Part shown: positions 1 through 14,150 of the stretch, in pieces
Numbering within the stretch: position 1 is the first letter of the stretch
Layout of the letters: each line of letters opens with the position of its first letter
Source of the DNA: Eledone cirrhosa
Taxonomy: Eukaryota
Assembly (NCBI GenBank): GCA_964016885.1
Contig: OZ024751.1
Location: forward strand, 24,490,001-24,554,000
DNA length: 64,000 nt
Reading direction: 5' to 3'
The notes under the pieces: model-generated
What the model was told of the DNA's origin: nothing
The model's input: the letters and a program-made list of their open reading frames with translations, nothing else
The model's database searches: none
Translations under genes and position numbers: made by a program

Positions 1-246
1 AATATAATTTCAGCGAGATCGTATTTTGGCTGTGGTCAAAAACAAAGCGAAACGCAATTTTCGAGATATGCGGCAAGCGCTCAATGGACTAAAAGAAGAG
101 CAATTAACATACGTTATAGAGGCCAAAGAAACTGAAAACGGTGGTCATGAAGCTATCAGCCACCGGGTAAACAGAAATAACAACACAGTCGGTACAGTAT
201 ATTGAAGGAATATATTAGGTTAACGCTTGAAATAGCAGGAAGATAG

Positions 247-282
247 TCTTAACGTTTCGGAGGCTAGTCTTTCATCAGAAGA
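247..282 (-). ncRNA. Minimal type I hammerhead ribozyme motif, family A (PLE pLTR-like)
   Basis: Minus strand reads TCTT-CTGATGA-aagactagcctcc-GAAA-CG-TT-AAGA. Helix I is TCTT/AAGA and helix III is the palindromic ACGT. Related copies at ~4710-4745 (-) and ~54792-54827 (+) share flanking sequence. Confidence 0.65.
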
Positions 283-352
283 AAGAATGAGAAATAAGAT
301 AGATTGAAGGGACGGGCGGGGTGGATTGAAAAAAATGTCTTTAGATAAAAAT

Positions 353-403
<51 letters not shown>

Positions 404-871
404 ATGTGTGTATGTGTGTGTGTGTGTGTGTATGTGTCTGTGTTTGGGTGTGTGTGTGTCTGTGTCTCTATGTGTGTATTTGGTTGGGGGGGTGCAACAT
501 TTCTTTAAAATTTCTATCCATAATGCTTATAACGTATATAAGCTTATTGTATAAAGTAACATGTAATAAAATAAATCATCAGAATGAAATGAAAATCAAT
601 TCAGACTGCTGTTAGATGTTAGGAAATAAGGCTTTGAATATCTTAAAGATAAGGACTTGCTGAAAGCTTTCAATAATCATCAAAGGACTTGTATCGAATA
701 CAATTTCCTTTTATGAGTCATTGAGTAATTTACATTTCGGACTTTACGTTCATATATCCAAAGGCAATGGCGTAGATGTTCTACACAGGCTTAAAACATC
801 ATACGAACATATGTATGTGACCAAGCTGTGCAAAAAAATATATATATATCATTTTATTTTGTGAATGAGTC

Positions 872-934
<63 letters not shown>

Positions 935-1074
935 GTGTGGCTATGTGTGTGTGTGTGTGTGTGTTTGTGCGTGTGTGAGTGTATAAGTATTTGTTCAGTG
1001 TATGTGTGTTTACCTGTATATGTGTGTGAGAGAGTTTGTTTGTGTGTGTGTGTATTTCTCTCTCTCTCTCTCTA

Positions 1075-1110
<36 letters not shown>

Positions 1111-1305
1111 AGTATCTCTAAGTGTATGTGTGAGTGCTTGATTGTGTGGTGAGTGTGTGGTGAGTGTGTGTGTCTGTATGTGCATGTGTGTGTGAATGAG
1201 AGTGTGAGTGTATGAGTATGTGTTCAGTGTATGTGTGCGTACGTATGTGTGTGTGTGACAGAGAGAGAGGGAGACTTTGTTTGTGAGTGAGTGTGTGTAT
1301 GTATA

Positions 1306-1341
<36 letters not shown>

Positions 1342-2063
1342 CGTGTGCGTGGGCGTATGTATGTGTGTAATATTGCTGCTGGATTCGATTTACAGTAATA
1401 TCAGCAGTTTCCTGTTAAAGGTGAACATGGTCAAATGTGTGTGTGATCTCGTGTTAACTCGTGTGATCACAGTAAGACTATGACAGTCACAGGGATTTAC
1501 TTACATCGAGAGTTTAAGGACATCTAAAGATTTACTTAATTTATCTACCAGAGTCGATATATCATTTTCGCAGGATGCCAATGTCCTTTATTTGAAGATT
1601 CTTTACTTAAAGCGAAACGAGTAGGATCTTTAACCTTTCGTTTTCAGTTGGTATCCTTTTATTCTTTTACTGGTATCCCTCATCCCGCTACGGTAATGCT
1701 GGGGAACCTGTATGAAGGGATTTATGGGATCATATGGACCCTAGTGTTATTTTTAAAGCTTTTGTGACGCTAAACTCCACCAGTTGCAGAGATATCTCTC
1801 ACCACAAAGTTCGATCACCAGCAACAAAGTTCAAAGAGCAAAGGTCAAGTCCAGTCCATAAGTTCACATTATCAAGCCATCGTTTTGACTGCCGGCCATA
1901 TATACATATATATATATACACGACGATATATATATATATACATATATATGTATATATATACACGAGGGGCTTCCACACAGTTTCTGTCAACCAATTTTCA
2001 CTCTCAATGCATTGGTCAAAATGATATAGTAAATGACACTGTACAAAACAACATTTTCTCCGC

Positions 2064-2095
<32 letters not shown>

Positions 2096-2112
2096 TCTTC
2101 AAAGTCCAGACC

Positions 2113-2225
<113 letters not shown>

Positions 2226-2226
2226 G

Positions 2227-2400
2227 CTTCTACAGGACTAGAACTGTTTCATTCGGGAGAAATCATCAGAAAACCATGATGATTCCTCCTGAATGAAACA
2301 GTTCTAGTCCTGTAGAAGTCATTTCTATATTAAATATTTATACTCTGCTATGTATTGAGTACCTTACTTACTGTGGTTACCCCTGATTGAAGCCGTGATA
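2227..2400. mobile_element. Family B HHR-bearing insert with fold-back end
   Basis: Hairpin 2227-2318. Minus arm reads TTTT-CTGATGA-tttctcccgaat-GAAA-CAGttctagtcCTG-TA-GAAG. Homologous pieces at ~12030-12085, ~39605-39662, ~51125-51270 and 58921-58970. Flanked by (GA)n/(TA)n. Confidence 0.7.
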
Positions 2401-2417
2401 AACATATATATAAATAA

Positions 2418-2463
<46 letters not shown>

Positions 2464-2545
2464 ATAATAATAAATTTGAAGACTAAAATCACGTTAAGGG
2501 TGAAAGCAGCGATTCTTTGCTTAAACTTTAATCTGTTATTTTAAT

Positions 2546-2620
<75 letters not shown>

Positions 2621-2751
2621 AAGACATGAGTGTTAAATAGGTATGAATTTCAACCCCCATCATCACCATCTTCCCCATTACCATCACCAGCACTCCAAGA
2701 GATGGGAAATAAAGGAAAGCTTAAATAAATAGGTGATAATGTCTTGCTTAC

Positions 2752-2870
2752 CCGAACGATATTCCACGGTTCTATTTACATACGCAAAGCAAATGTTTTG
2801 ATATCATAATACACGAAGAAAGCCATGAACTTACCTGAAAATATAAAAAGGAATAGAAAGAAGTTAATCA
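2752..2870 (-). promoter_or_regulatory. Candidate recursive splice site plus 83-nt cryptic exon
   Basis: Minus strand has branch-like TTAAC, then ttctttctattcctttttatattttcAG immediately followed by GTAAGT. A second donor CGG|GTAAGC lies 83 nt downstream. The exon has stops in all three frames. Confidence 0.5.
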
Positions 2871-3137
2871 TATGCTCAATGAAAGTGAGAATGAGTGAAA
2901 CAAAACTATGGAAAATAACGAAATAATTGATCATTGTATCGTGTTTATGTGTCTTAATTACATGTAATATAAGATGTCAATATAATGGCTGCCATACTAA
3001 ATTTCATTTACCTAGATACAATTGTTGCGGTTTAAGTTTTAGAGCATACATTTCAATCAGACATATAACAATATTAATGGCTTTGTTATTATTATTGGGG
3101 TCCATAAAATATAGCACCAATAAATAATGGGGTCGAT

Positions 3138-3833
3138 TATTGGCAGTATCGGTAGAGAGTCGGACGCCATGTTTTCCGTCATAGAGTTACGACCCTTTAC
3201 GGTCTGAGTTCAAATCCTGCCGAGGTTAACTATGCCTTTCATCTTTACGGGGTCGATAAAATAAAGTACCAGTAACGTACTGGAATCGATTTAATCGACT
3301 TTCTCCTCCCCCCCCACCTCAAATTACTGGCCTTGTGCCTATGTAAGAAACCATTATTGAGGCAGTGGATTGACAGTATCGGTAGAGCATCGGACACCTC
3401 GCTTAGCGGCATAGTTACGTCCCTTTACGTTCTGAGTTCAAATCCCACCGAGGTTAGCTTTGCCTTTCATTCTTACGGGATCGATAAAAAAAAAGTAAGA
3501 ATGAAAGCAAAGCTAACCTCGGTGGGATTTGAACTCAGAACGTAAAGGGACGTAACTATGCCGCTAAGCGAGGTCGTCGATGCTCTACGATACTGTCAAA
3601 TCACTGCTCAATACCACTGGTTCTCTTACATAGGCACAAGGCCAGTAATTTGAGGGGGGGGGAGGGGAACAGTCGCTTAAATCGACTTCCAGTACGTTTA
3701 CTGGTACTTTATTTTATCGACCCCATAAGGATGAAAGGCAAAGTTAACCTCGGCTGGATTTGAACTCAGAATGGAAAGGGGCGTAATTCTTTGCGTCACA
3801 GCCTGGCGTCCGACCCTCTACCGATAGTGCCAA
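3138..3833. mobile_element. Two tRNA-derived SINEs plus their inverted mirror copy
   Basis: B-box GAGTTCAAATCC and core TTGCCTTTCATCCTTACGGGGTCGATAAAATAAAGTACCAG. Region 3497-3833 is the approximate reverse complement of 3138-3477. Confidence 0.8.
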
Positions 3834-4561
3834 TTATACTAATAATAATTACATTTTGTAAATCATAAACAGTACGCGTTTTTATGTAACCACAATTGAA
3901 GCTAGACTGAGTAAACACAAAGGGGATTATGAAAAAGGTAGAATTTTTAAATAAACAAGCATCTAATAATTTTCATTTCTTTTATGAGTTTTTTCTTTCA
4001 TAAAATTGTTTTTATATTTTTAATCGAAAGAATGTAAAGAAAGAAGAGATTCGTCTCTTTTTATTTAATTTAAATTTCAATTTCAATATGAATCTGGAAA
4101 CATTATTATTAGAAGCATATAATTATAATTCAGCAACACTGTAATTGTAATTCAATGCACGAGAGAAAGAAAGAAAAAAGGGTTGGAAGAAGATGAAGAA
4201 GAAAGAGCACCAAAGAGAATTTTTAAACGAAAAGAAATGTGTTTAAAAAATAAAATTGTTCCCATAAAGAAAAATCCTTTAACACAGAAATATATCGATC
4301 TTTTGAATAAACAATATAAAGAAACAGATAAATAAATATAGATAAAGAAAAAAATTGAATTATTCAATCGATTGATTAGCTTAAAAGAATATATGCATAA
4401 AATGTAATTTTTTGTTCCAGAAAAAATTGCATCTTATGAAAAATTCAAACATCTAACAGAATACTCAAGTTTATAAAATTCTGATTAAACTGTGACACTC
4501 ACACTCAAAAACGCACACACATATAAGGTCAATAACAAATCATTTACACACACACACACAC

Positions 4562-4618
<57 letters not shown>

Positions 4619-5488
4619 AAAGGTAAAGAGAAATAAAAATAATAACAAAACCAACGCTACAGTACATGGAAGAAATATATTAGTTTAACGCTTCAATTAG
4701 CAGGAAGAGAGTCTTAACATTTCGGACACTAGTCCTTCATCAAAAGGTAGGGTTAGAAATAGAAGATAAATAGAAAGTAAAGAGCGATGAGAGGAAGGAA
4801 CGAGGAGAAAAAGAAAACAAAAATTGGGGAGAAAAAACAATATATATGTATATATTTATATATATATATATATATATAAGTCGTTAACTTCTATGTTATA
4901 TATATATATATATATATATAACGTAGAAACCCACGACTAAAAAGAGCTCGATGTTAAAAACCGAGGATGGTATTGATAAGATTTCTTCTACAACATGGCC
5001 ATGGTGTTTCAACAAGGCATAATATTCGCAAAACTTCGCCAGAGAATATTATCTATGTCGCATGTGGGGAAAATAAAGGGATTGAGTCATCTTTCCTTAT
5101 TGCCCGAGCAGAGAGTTACAAGGGAAGATTTGAATTCATACATTTCTGGCGCCGTGTAATTGCAGGTAGTAGTGCTAAGAGTTTCTACCTTTTTACTGTG
5201 GGTGACGAAAGGTGAGGCTTTTTCAGTCGCATACGAGGTTCGGTTGAAATATTCATATGCTGACTATAAAAGAGTAATGCTAGAGAAGCGAAATCTTGCA
5301 TGCATTAATTTCAGCTCTTCAACTCCTCTTAACAATAACTACATTGTTTCGTTGCAGGGACTATGTTGAAAAATAAACTTCATTTGGTCATTCCATGACA
5401 GTATCTTGGTCAGCCTAAAGACGTTCCAACTGACGCTCGTATATAAATGTTGATACATTAACATCATTATATTACAATATGTTTTTTA

Positions 5489-5680
5489 AGGCGGTGGATT
5501 GGCAGTATCGGTAGAAGATCGGACGCCATGTCTTGCAGCATAGAGTTACGCCCGTTTACGGTCTAAGTTCAAATCTCGCTGAGGCTAATTTTGCCTTTCA
5601 TCTTTACGGGGCCGATAAAATAAAGTACCAGTAATACACTGGGATAATTGCTGGCCTTGTGCCAAAAGAAGAAACAATTC
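5489..5680 (+). mobile_element. tRNA-derived SINE (octopod-type, Meta/MESC-like central domain)
   Basis: GGCGGTGGATTGGCAGTATCGGTAG head, B-box, conserved core, tail GCTGGCCTTGTGCCAAAA. Confidence 0.8.
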
Positions 5681-6759
5681 TATTACAATAAGCTCACGTT
5701 GTTTCCACAAATGAGTAACACTACATTGAGAAATATGGTAAATGCTATGCTTCGTTAATGCAGTCAGAATATAAACCAAGCATATCCACAGATATTCCCG
5801 GCAAAATTAATACAGATTTAGTCATTGAATAATATCGATTTTTGTTCACCGCATATTCATATCAGGTTATAACATTTTTTTTTTATTTCTGTTCAACCCA
5901 TTATATATGTTAACACTAAATTAGGTTTTTATTTTTAGTTTTTTTTTTTTTAGTTGTTTTTTGTTTTTGTATTATTTAGTTTTCGTTTTTGATATTTATT
6001 ATTATTTTCGGTTTGTTTGTCTTTGTTTCATTTTTATTTTTTATTTTATTTTATTATTATTTTTTTTTTTTTGTTGGAGGTTATTTTGTCTTTTGTGGAG
6101 ATTATGTTTTTGAACGACTTATTTACTGTCTGGTGGTCAGATCTGGTGAGAGAAAATTGTGCGGAATATGTTTCATAAATAACAGACAGAATAGCAAAAC
6201 GTCAATAAGGAATTATATAAATCTCACGTCTTAGTGATTTTATGTACGTTCTTCGACCGACTATCTTGATAATATATAATTTTCATTGTTTTAGGTATCA
6301 ACACTATATATGTGTGTCAACCATGTTGTCAACCATATATATGTGTGTGTATATGTGGACGTACATGTGTGTGTGTGTGTGAGTGTGTTATAGTATACAT
6401 ATATTATTTACATACACAGTTATATATAGTGAACATTATCCCATCCAATATAATGTGTTTAATATCTCATATATTGAATAGCGAAGACGTTAATAATATT
6501 CTCTCGTACATATATATAGTGATAAATATATAAATATATATATAAATATATATATATATATACATATATATATACATATATATACATATATATACAAATA
6601 TATATATATATATATACATATATATACATATATATACATATATATATACATATATATATACATATATATACATATATACATATATATATATATACATATA
6701 TATACATATATACATATATATATATATACATATATATATACATATATATACATATATAC

Positions 6760-6808
<49 letters not shown>

Positions 6809-6847
6809 CATATATATACATATGTATATACATATATACATATATAC

Positions 6848-6896
<49 letters not shown>

Positions 6897-7029
6897 GAGA
6901 TACATATATATATATATATATAGATACATATATATATATATATAGATACATATATATATATATACATATATATATACATACATATATATATACATACATA
7001 TATATATATAGACATATATATATATAGAC

Positions 7030-7080
<51 letters not shown>

Positions 7081-7093
7081 CATATATATATAC

Positions 7094-7183
<90 letters not shown>

Positions 7184-7463
7184 GTAGCATTCATGTGTGT
7201 ATATAAATGCATGTATGTGTGTGCCTGTCTGTAAAACATTTGTATGTGTGTGTCGTAATAATCTACATATCATTTACCATTATTTTATTTTTTCCTTCTA
7301 TTTTTGGCTAAAAAAAGAAAGAACTTCTCAAAAGTTAACCGAGTGAACCAAATATATGAGATATATGAAAATACATTCAACCATTGCTCACTAAAGCATT
7401 AGAGATAGCTCCGTGGGATTATCAACATTAGTACGATTATCCTCATTATTATATGTATGTATA

Positions 7464-7507
<44 letters not shown>

Positions 7508-7508
<1 letters not shown>

Positions 7509-7645
7509 CGAGGGAAAAGTAGTAAGGAACCAGGTGGACCATAACGCACCAAAGTACTCAAAGTACTCAGAACTGATTTTTCATTCAGTACAGAATTAGC
7601 CGTCGAAACGGCTTGAGCTCAGCCGTCGGGGTCTTACTTACTCCT
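7508..7645. mobile_element. Family C HHR-derived insert (rearranged)
   Basis: Contains AGCCGTC-GAAACGGCT-tgagctc-AGCCGTC-GGGGTC and the tail shared with the 24720, 28155, 29127 and 51317 copies. (TA)n on both sides. Confidence 0.7.
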
Positions 7646-7835
7646 ATATATATATATATATATATATAGAAAAGATGAATATAAAATGAAAGTGCTTTTT
7701 TTAAATTTTTTTTATTTTATATTCATCTTTTCTACATTTTCTCCGGAATATAATTTATACTCGTTGAGCAAACCTACACGTACGCTGTTCATCTCTAACG
7801 TAACGATATATTATCACTACATTATTGATAACCTG

Positions 7836-7873
<38 letters not shown>

Positions 7874-7874
7874 G

Positions 7875-7930
<56 letters not shown>

Positions 7931-7944
7931 AATATATATATATA

Positions 7945-8970
7945 TATAGTTTGCGAGGTTTTTGATATGAAATCGTGTGTCGAAACAAATATTGTTATAC
8001 TTGGGGAGGGTCATATTTGTGTAATATTGCCAGAATTAATAACAGAACACATTCACTGTTTGGTTGGTTTTCGCTTTTCGCTTCTGTGTCTTTTATATCG
8101 GTAATCTAATTTATTCAGTCCTCAATGTTGCCATTGACTGACCAACGGTCAAAAATACAGATACAATATAGACACAAACACATATATATAGTTTATCAAA
8201 GTTCTTTCGTTGCACTTCTGCAACATCGTCACTGGTGCTATTGTTTCTTCCCGTTGCATTGTATTTTCTACGCCATCTTTATTTAGTCTGTTTATATATT
8301 TATTTATTAGTTTATTTTATTTTGTCTTCTTTGCGCATGCGTTTGCGTGTGTGTATAATGTTTTGTTTGATGTGTGTTCGTGATTGGGTGACTGTGTATT
8401 GGTTAATGTATTCTATCTTTACTAGTGTGTGTTTATATGTGTTTGTTGTTATTGTGCTTGTGTATGTATTTATTTATTTATCTATTTATTTATTTATACT
8501 TCTCTTAGGTCAGTGTTGTTTGTTTGGGTGTTGTTGTTATTCCATCCATTCAGAATGAATGGAATAACAACACCCAAACAAACAACACTGACCTAAGAGA
8601 AGTATAAATAAATAAATAGATAAATAAATAAATAAATACACAAGCACAATAACAACAAACACATATAAACACACACTAGTAAAGATAGAATACATTAACC
8701 AATACACAGTCATCCAATCACGAACACACATCAAACAAAATATGTTGCCAATAAGAAACACACGCACCAGTTGATTTCACTCCAATTTATTATAAATTAA
8801 ATTTATAAATTTAAGAATTTATAAATTTAATTTATAATAAATTGGAGTGAAATAAACTGGTGCGTGTGTTTCTTATTGGCAACATGACCCTCCCAAAGTA
8901 TAACAATATCGGTTCAACACACGTTTTCAGATAAGGAATCTTGCTAAACAAATTCAGAAACGAAATATAT
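7945..8970. mobile_element. Family F insert containing two adjacent long palindromes
   Basis: Near-perfect inverted repeats at 8361-8549/8553-8740 and 8742-8885. The GGGAGGGTCAT-containing segment recurs at ~21135-21185 and ~24437-24690. Only a degenerate HHR-like GAAACAAATATTGTT remains. Confidence 0.6.
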
Positions 8971-9186
8971 ATATATATATATATGTATGTATATATATAC
9001 AGTTATTTGTAGATATATTTAGAAAGCTATGGTTATAAATAGATACGTGTGTGTTTTATATATTTTGTGAGCAAAATCGTGGTAGGATGATTTTATAAAT
9101 AGGATTTTATTATACATATAATATAAAATACAGACACCCACACGTCGTCAAATACATATATACACCTATATATAGAACCCCCATAA

Positions 9187-9227
<41 letters not shown>

Positions 9228-9271
9228 TAAACATACACACACACTCTCACAATGTACATATAAGACGATAT

Positions 9272-9420
9272 AATTGTTTCTACTTTTGGCACAAGGCCAG
9301 CAATCACCCAGTGCTTTACTGGTGCTTTATTTTATCAGCCCCGTATGGATGAAAGGCAAAGTTAACCTCGGCGGGATTTGAACTCAGAATGGCGTCCGAC
9401 CCTCTACCGATACTGCCAAC
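9272..9420 (-). mobile_element. SINE (internally deleted)
   Basis: Reverse complement of the SINE head, B-box, core and tail. Confidence 0.75.
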
Positions 9421-10615
9421 GATATAATAACCAATGTTTCTTGCTTTTTAAAAATCGTCGTTAAGGTTTTGAGCAAAATTTGGCCACCCTCTCTAACCGT
9501 TTGGCTATCTATATAAGGGCTCCCTCGTTATCTTGGAATCGTATATGGGCACTATCTTCTTCATCAGAGACGAAACCCTTGTTGTATCTCGTTCATATAA
9601 AGTATGTGTTTGTAGTAGCTAGTATCATAATGGTAATTGGCATATTGGTCATTTAACAATTTATAAACAATTCTCAGAAATGTTTAAAGATGATATTTTT
9701 TCTGTTGTTATATCAACATTTTTATTGTTATTTTGAATTGACAGAATGTTTTGAGCATTTGGAAAAATTCTTTGTTTATGCTCTGTTGATTCTTTGCTGA
9801 AATCCTGTTGAGATCATACTTCTGATATCGATAAAATAAAGTATAAATTCAATTCTGATATCGATATAAACAATAAATTGCTGGCCTTGTTCCTAGATTA
9901 AAATAATTATTGCGCAATTTCTTCATTATATTATGTATCACACCGGGGAAGGATTTTAGCCTTTCATATTTCCCGTATGGAGGAAATACATACCAGGAAT
10001 TAACTGGGGTCATATCTATCAATCATTTCTTCTTACAGCCTTGAATTTATGTGTGATATGGTTACTACGATAATAACTATCTTATGAAGTATGATGTATG
10101 AATCGTATGAACTGTAGCGTGGAAGTAACTCTGAAAGCTCTGAGTATTGATATAGAATCCTGGGGAATAGTTTGCTTAGAACAGGCGGGATATGGTATGC
10201 CCTCACGAACAAAGGAGAGGAGATCCTCACAAATGACACGCATTCAGGCAGTAGAAACCAAACATAAGCTTTACAAAGACCAGTCATCCGGTACCTCATA
10301 ACATTAACTCTATGTACAGGGGATCGGTCGATGAGAAAATCGATGTATATAGGGAGAAAGACAGAATAACTAACATGTAGAGAGAGACAGAGGAAAGGGG
10401 TAAGAGGAGAAATTGGAGTGGGAGAGAGTGAAAGGAAGGGAAGGAGAGAAAGAGAGAAAAAGGAATAAAGATATGAATAAAAGTTAACAAAATCCATTTT
10501 CTAAACTAAAATTTATGACACCGAATACATGTGATGATAAATAGATAACAAGTTAAAAGGCGAAAGGAAAAAAACACATGGAAATATGTCAGTGTAATAA
10601 TGTAATGTAATGCAA

Positions 10616-10647
<32 letters not shown>

Positions 10648-11599
10648 AAATAAATAAATAAATAAATAAAAATGGAAATCGTCTTGGGGCTACTGTGTCT
10701 AGTTTTATATGAATGGAAGGTCGATGTTAAATATTACAATATTACATTTGTAGAGAAAGTATTAGAGAGATTAGAGCGATAGTGATTAATAACGCGTTAT
10801 CAGAATAACATCAACGGTTTTGCAGACATAAACTATATCCCCAACAACTATAGTTAAGTTGATGATAATACGAATATGTCGGACGTGGCGTGTAGCGTTG
10901 TCGTTGTTAATAAATGGCCGATATGTCAATATTGAAAGAAAGTCGTTCGCTGGCTGAGTTGTGCTATTGTGTTGTGTTGTGTTGTTGGATAGAAAGAAGG
11001 AAGGAAAGGAAGAAAGAAAGAAAGAAATATTCACCCCACCCCCACCCCCACCCCCCACCCCCCCCAAAAAAAAAATATATATATAATAATAATAAATAAC
11101 ATGCGTGAATGAGGACTTGAAGCGAACGAGATGTTGGAAACGGTAATGTGGCAACTCTGAGACGGAACCAGAAACAAAGGTTTTCCTTCACTCTCTCACA
11201 CACACACACACACTTCTCACTCTCTCTCTCATACACACATAATTCTTTCTCTCCTTTTCTCTCTCTTTCTCTCCCTCTCTCTCTCTCTCCCTCTGCATAT
11301 ATATATAATACGTATGTTCAATCCATGCAAGCATGGAATAAAACGAGCGTAAAATGGTGATGGGGATGATAATGATGTTGCTGATGCTGATTATGATATG
11401 TTTTCTCGTGAAAATACTGGCAGAGACTGCGAGGTCTCTGCGAATACACTTCACTGAGAAATACACCAGTGAGAAAATACATATCCCGAAACTTTGAAAC
11501 CACAGCCATTTATATATATATATATAATCGGCAATCCACCTATTATATATATATATATATATAATAAAATGTAGTTTGCTTGAAGTATTGTATATAATA

Positions 11600-11932
11600 T
11601 ATAACGTTGAAAGAGATAGAAGGCTAAACAATGCAAAATGGACTGTAAAATGGGGTAACGGAAAGTAAAAGTAAGTTACCTGGTAATCTTTGTTTTGTTT
11701 TATTTGTTGTTGTTGTTGTTGTTGTTTTTTTGTTGCTTTTTCTCCTTTATCTGTCCAATATTTCGGGATCTAAAAGTCCCTTAAACACTAAAGAAGGGAC
11801 TTTTAGGTCCCGGAATATTGGACAGATAAAAGATAAAAAAAAAAAAGATTACTAGTTAACCTTTACATTTCGTTACCTCATCTCACAGTCCATTTTGCAT
11901 TGTTTAGCCTTCTATCTCTTTCAACATTATAT
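11600..11932. mobile_element. Family G fold-back insert with degenerate HHR
   Basis: Diverged inverted arms at ~11600-11783/11794-11932. Right arm reads CTAAAGA-aGGGACttttagGTCCC-GGAATATT, and the left arm reverse complement retains GAAATATT. Confidence 0.6.
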
Positions 11933-12942
11933 ATATATAATGGGTTGCTTATATATACCGGGGAGTAACGACAGTTTAAATAAAGTTCTCAATAGGTTAG
12001 TAGAGTATAGGCATTTTATCTTTTTTGATAGAAATGACTTCTACAGGGCTAGAACTGTTTCATTCTTAAGAAACAACCAGGAAAGTGAGAGAGAGAATGA
12101 GAGGAGGATTACTAAATTAAAATAGAATGTATCGCAAACAGATGGGTTAGAGGGTACTATGAAAAATAAAATAATAAATAATTAAAATAAAATAAAGGCG
12201 GAATCCAATGATGAGAGTTAATTCTTGTTGTATAGTCAGAGGTGGAGAGAAATATGAAGTCTGATATTAGTACTACAGGATTTAAATACAATTGAAGGTG
12301 GAAAGTTCTAAGGTCAGACATCTTGAATACCTTATAACAATATGCTATTCATTTACTATTAACTTTCCTCTCCATTTTTTCCTCCATGCCAACCAATATT
12401 TTTAATCTGAATAATATTATAACAAAAACATTTTTTTTATTTAATGTTTTAGTTTTTCTATTATATTTTTTCTATTATATTTGTTCATATATAATTTTGT
12501 TTTATTCCAGTATTATATTTTATTTAAATTTCGTTTCGTCTTTTTTTTTTCTCGTTGTGAAATACATAAAAAATAGGGATTTTACATTTATAAAGAAGAA
12601 ATCATATATTTTCATTATCGTCTCCCCTCCCCCTCTCTCTTTCGCGCTCTCTCTCTCTCTCTCGCTCTCTTTATTTATTTATATTTGATATATAATTATT
12701 ATTTTATGCGTGTTGTTACTGCCTTCCCGAGCACATCTTCATCATCATCATCATCATGATTATTATTATAATAATTGTTTCTACTTTTGGCACAAGACCA
12801 GCAGATCCCATTAAGGATGAATCATATATGATTCCAGTTCCTCAGTGAAATAACAACCCAACCAGGAACTGGGCATATCAGAGTATTGACAAAATTATAC
12901 ACCTCAACAACATATGTACTTGTCTATACCATACTAATTCGG

Positions 12943-12997
12943 ACTGCCTGAAGAGATCACAGCCAAAGATGGCTGTCACCGAAATATATATAGCAGT
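12943..12997 (+). ncRNA. Intact minimal type I hammerhead ribozyme motif
   Basis: ACTGC-CTGAAGA-gatcACAGCCaaagatGGCTGTcacc-GAAA-TATATA-TA-GCAGT. Helix I is ACTGC/GCAGT, helix III is palindromic, the triplet is AUA, and AATAAA follows immediately. Confidence 0.8.
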
Positions 12998-13148
12998 AAT
13001 AAACGAAGCTAAATTTTAAACATTTGACTTTTTATTTTACATTACTCCGGAGTAACCAAACTAACCTGCGCACTTCGTCGAGTGCTCCAGCCTGCATACT
13101 GAGATGTTGGTATACAACCAACATATACTCAAAATCTCTCTCTCTCTC

Positions 13149-13210
<62 letters not shown>

Positions 13211-13242
13211 TATATGTGTGTGTATGTCTGTATGTACATATA

Positions 13243-13286
<44 letters not shown>

Positions 13287-13289
<3 letters not shown>

Positions 13290-13630
13290 ATAATAAATTT
13301 GAAGACTAAAATCCAATAAGGCCGAGTATCATTCGGTTTCCTAAATAGAATTTTAATCTACGACTTCAGCTATACCATTTACGTGGTTTTGTCTGTGTGT
13401 GTAATTGTTCTCACCGCGCCACATAATGACGTATTATCTTGGTTTTTTCCGTTCATTGCCAGAGAACGTCTCCATGAACCAAAGTATCGTCTTCCTATCT
13501 TCCTTCGGTTGCAACGTTTTTTGAAATATTTACTTCTGCGTTCACAGATTGACTTTTTTAGTTTCAGAAGATCCCGTTAAGGATGAAAGCGGCGATTCTT
13601 TGCTTAAACTTTAATCTGTTATTTTAATAA
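13287..13630 (+). mobile_element. Short repeat insert in (TA)n with possible degenerate HHR
   Basis: Both ends match the internally deleted copy at 2461-2545. AGTTT-CAGAAGA-tcccgttaaggat-GAAA-GC..GC-TT-AAACT at ~13560-13610. Confidence 0.45.
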
Positions 13631-13714
<84 letters not shown>

Positions 13715-14072
13715 TGAAACACTAAAGTATGCTTCGGCCATATGATATGTTAAAAAATAAATGAATAAATAAACAAATTAATAATTATGATAAGAAGAAT
13801 ATGGCGACGAACGAGGAGGAACAAATAGCTTTGACTTAATCAATAATTTACGAGTAGTCAGACGACTTCCATTGTACAGCAGAGAAACCTTATTCTATTT
13901 TCGCCTCCAGTTGTAAGGAGAGTTCCACTTGGGTTATTTATTACTACATCATATCATTCAGTGAACCTCGTTGTTAATGGCCGACTCTTTTGTCTTTCAT
14001 TTCCAAGTCTATTTTTTTCCTTCCTTTCTCTCCCTCCCTCCCTCGCTCCCTCCCTCCCTCCCTCCCTCCCTC

Positions 14073-14150
<78 letters not shown>

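Noticed and set aside
4967-5440. Short ORFs in a higher-complexity island
   Set aside because: No recognisable motif in the frames examined. Possibly an old TE remnant, but this cannot be supported by eye.
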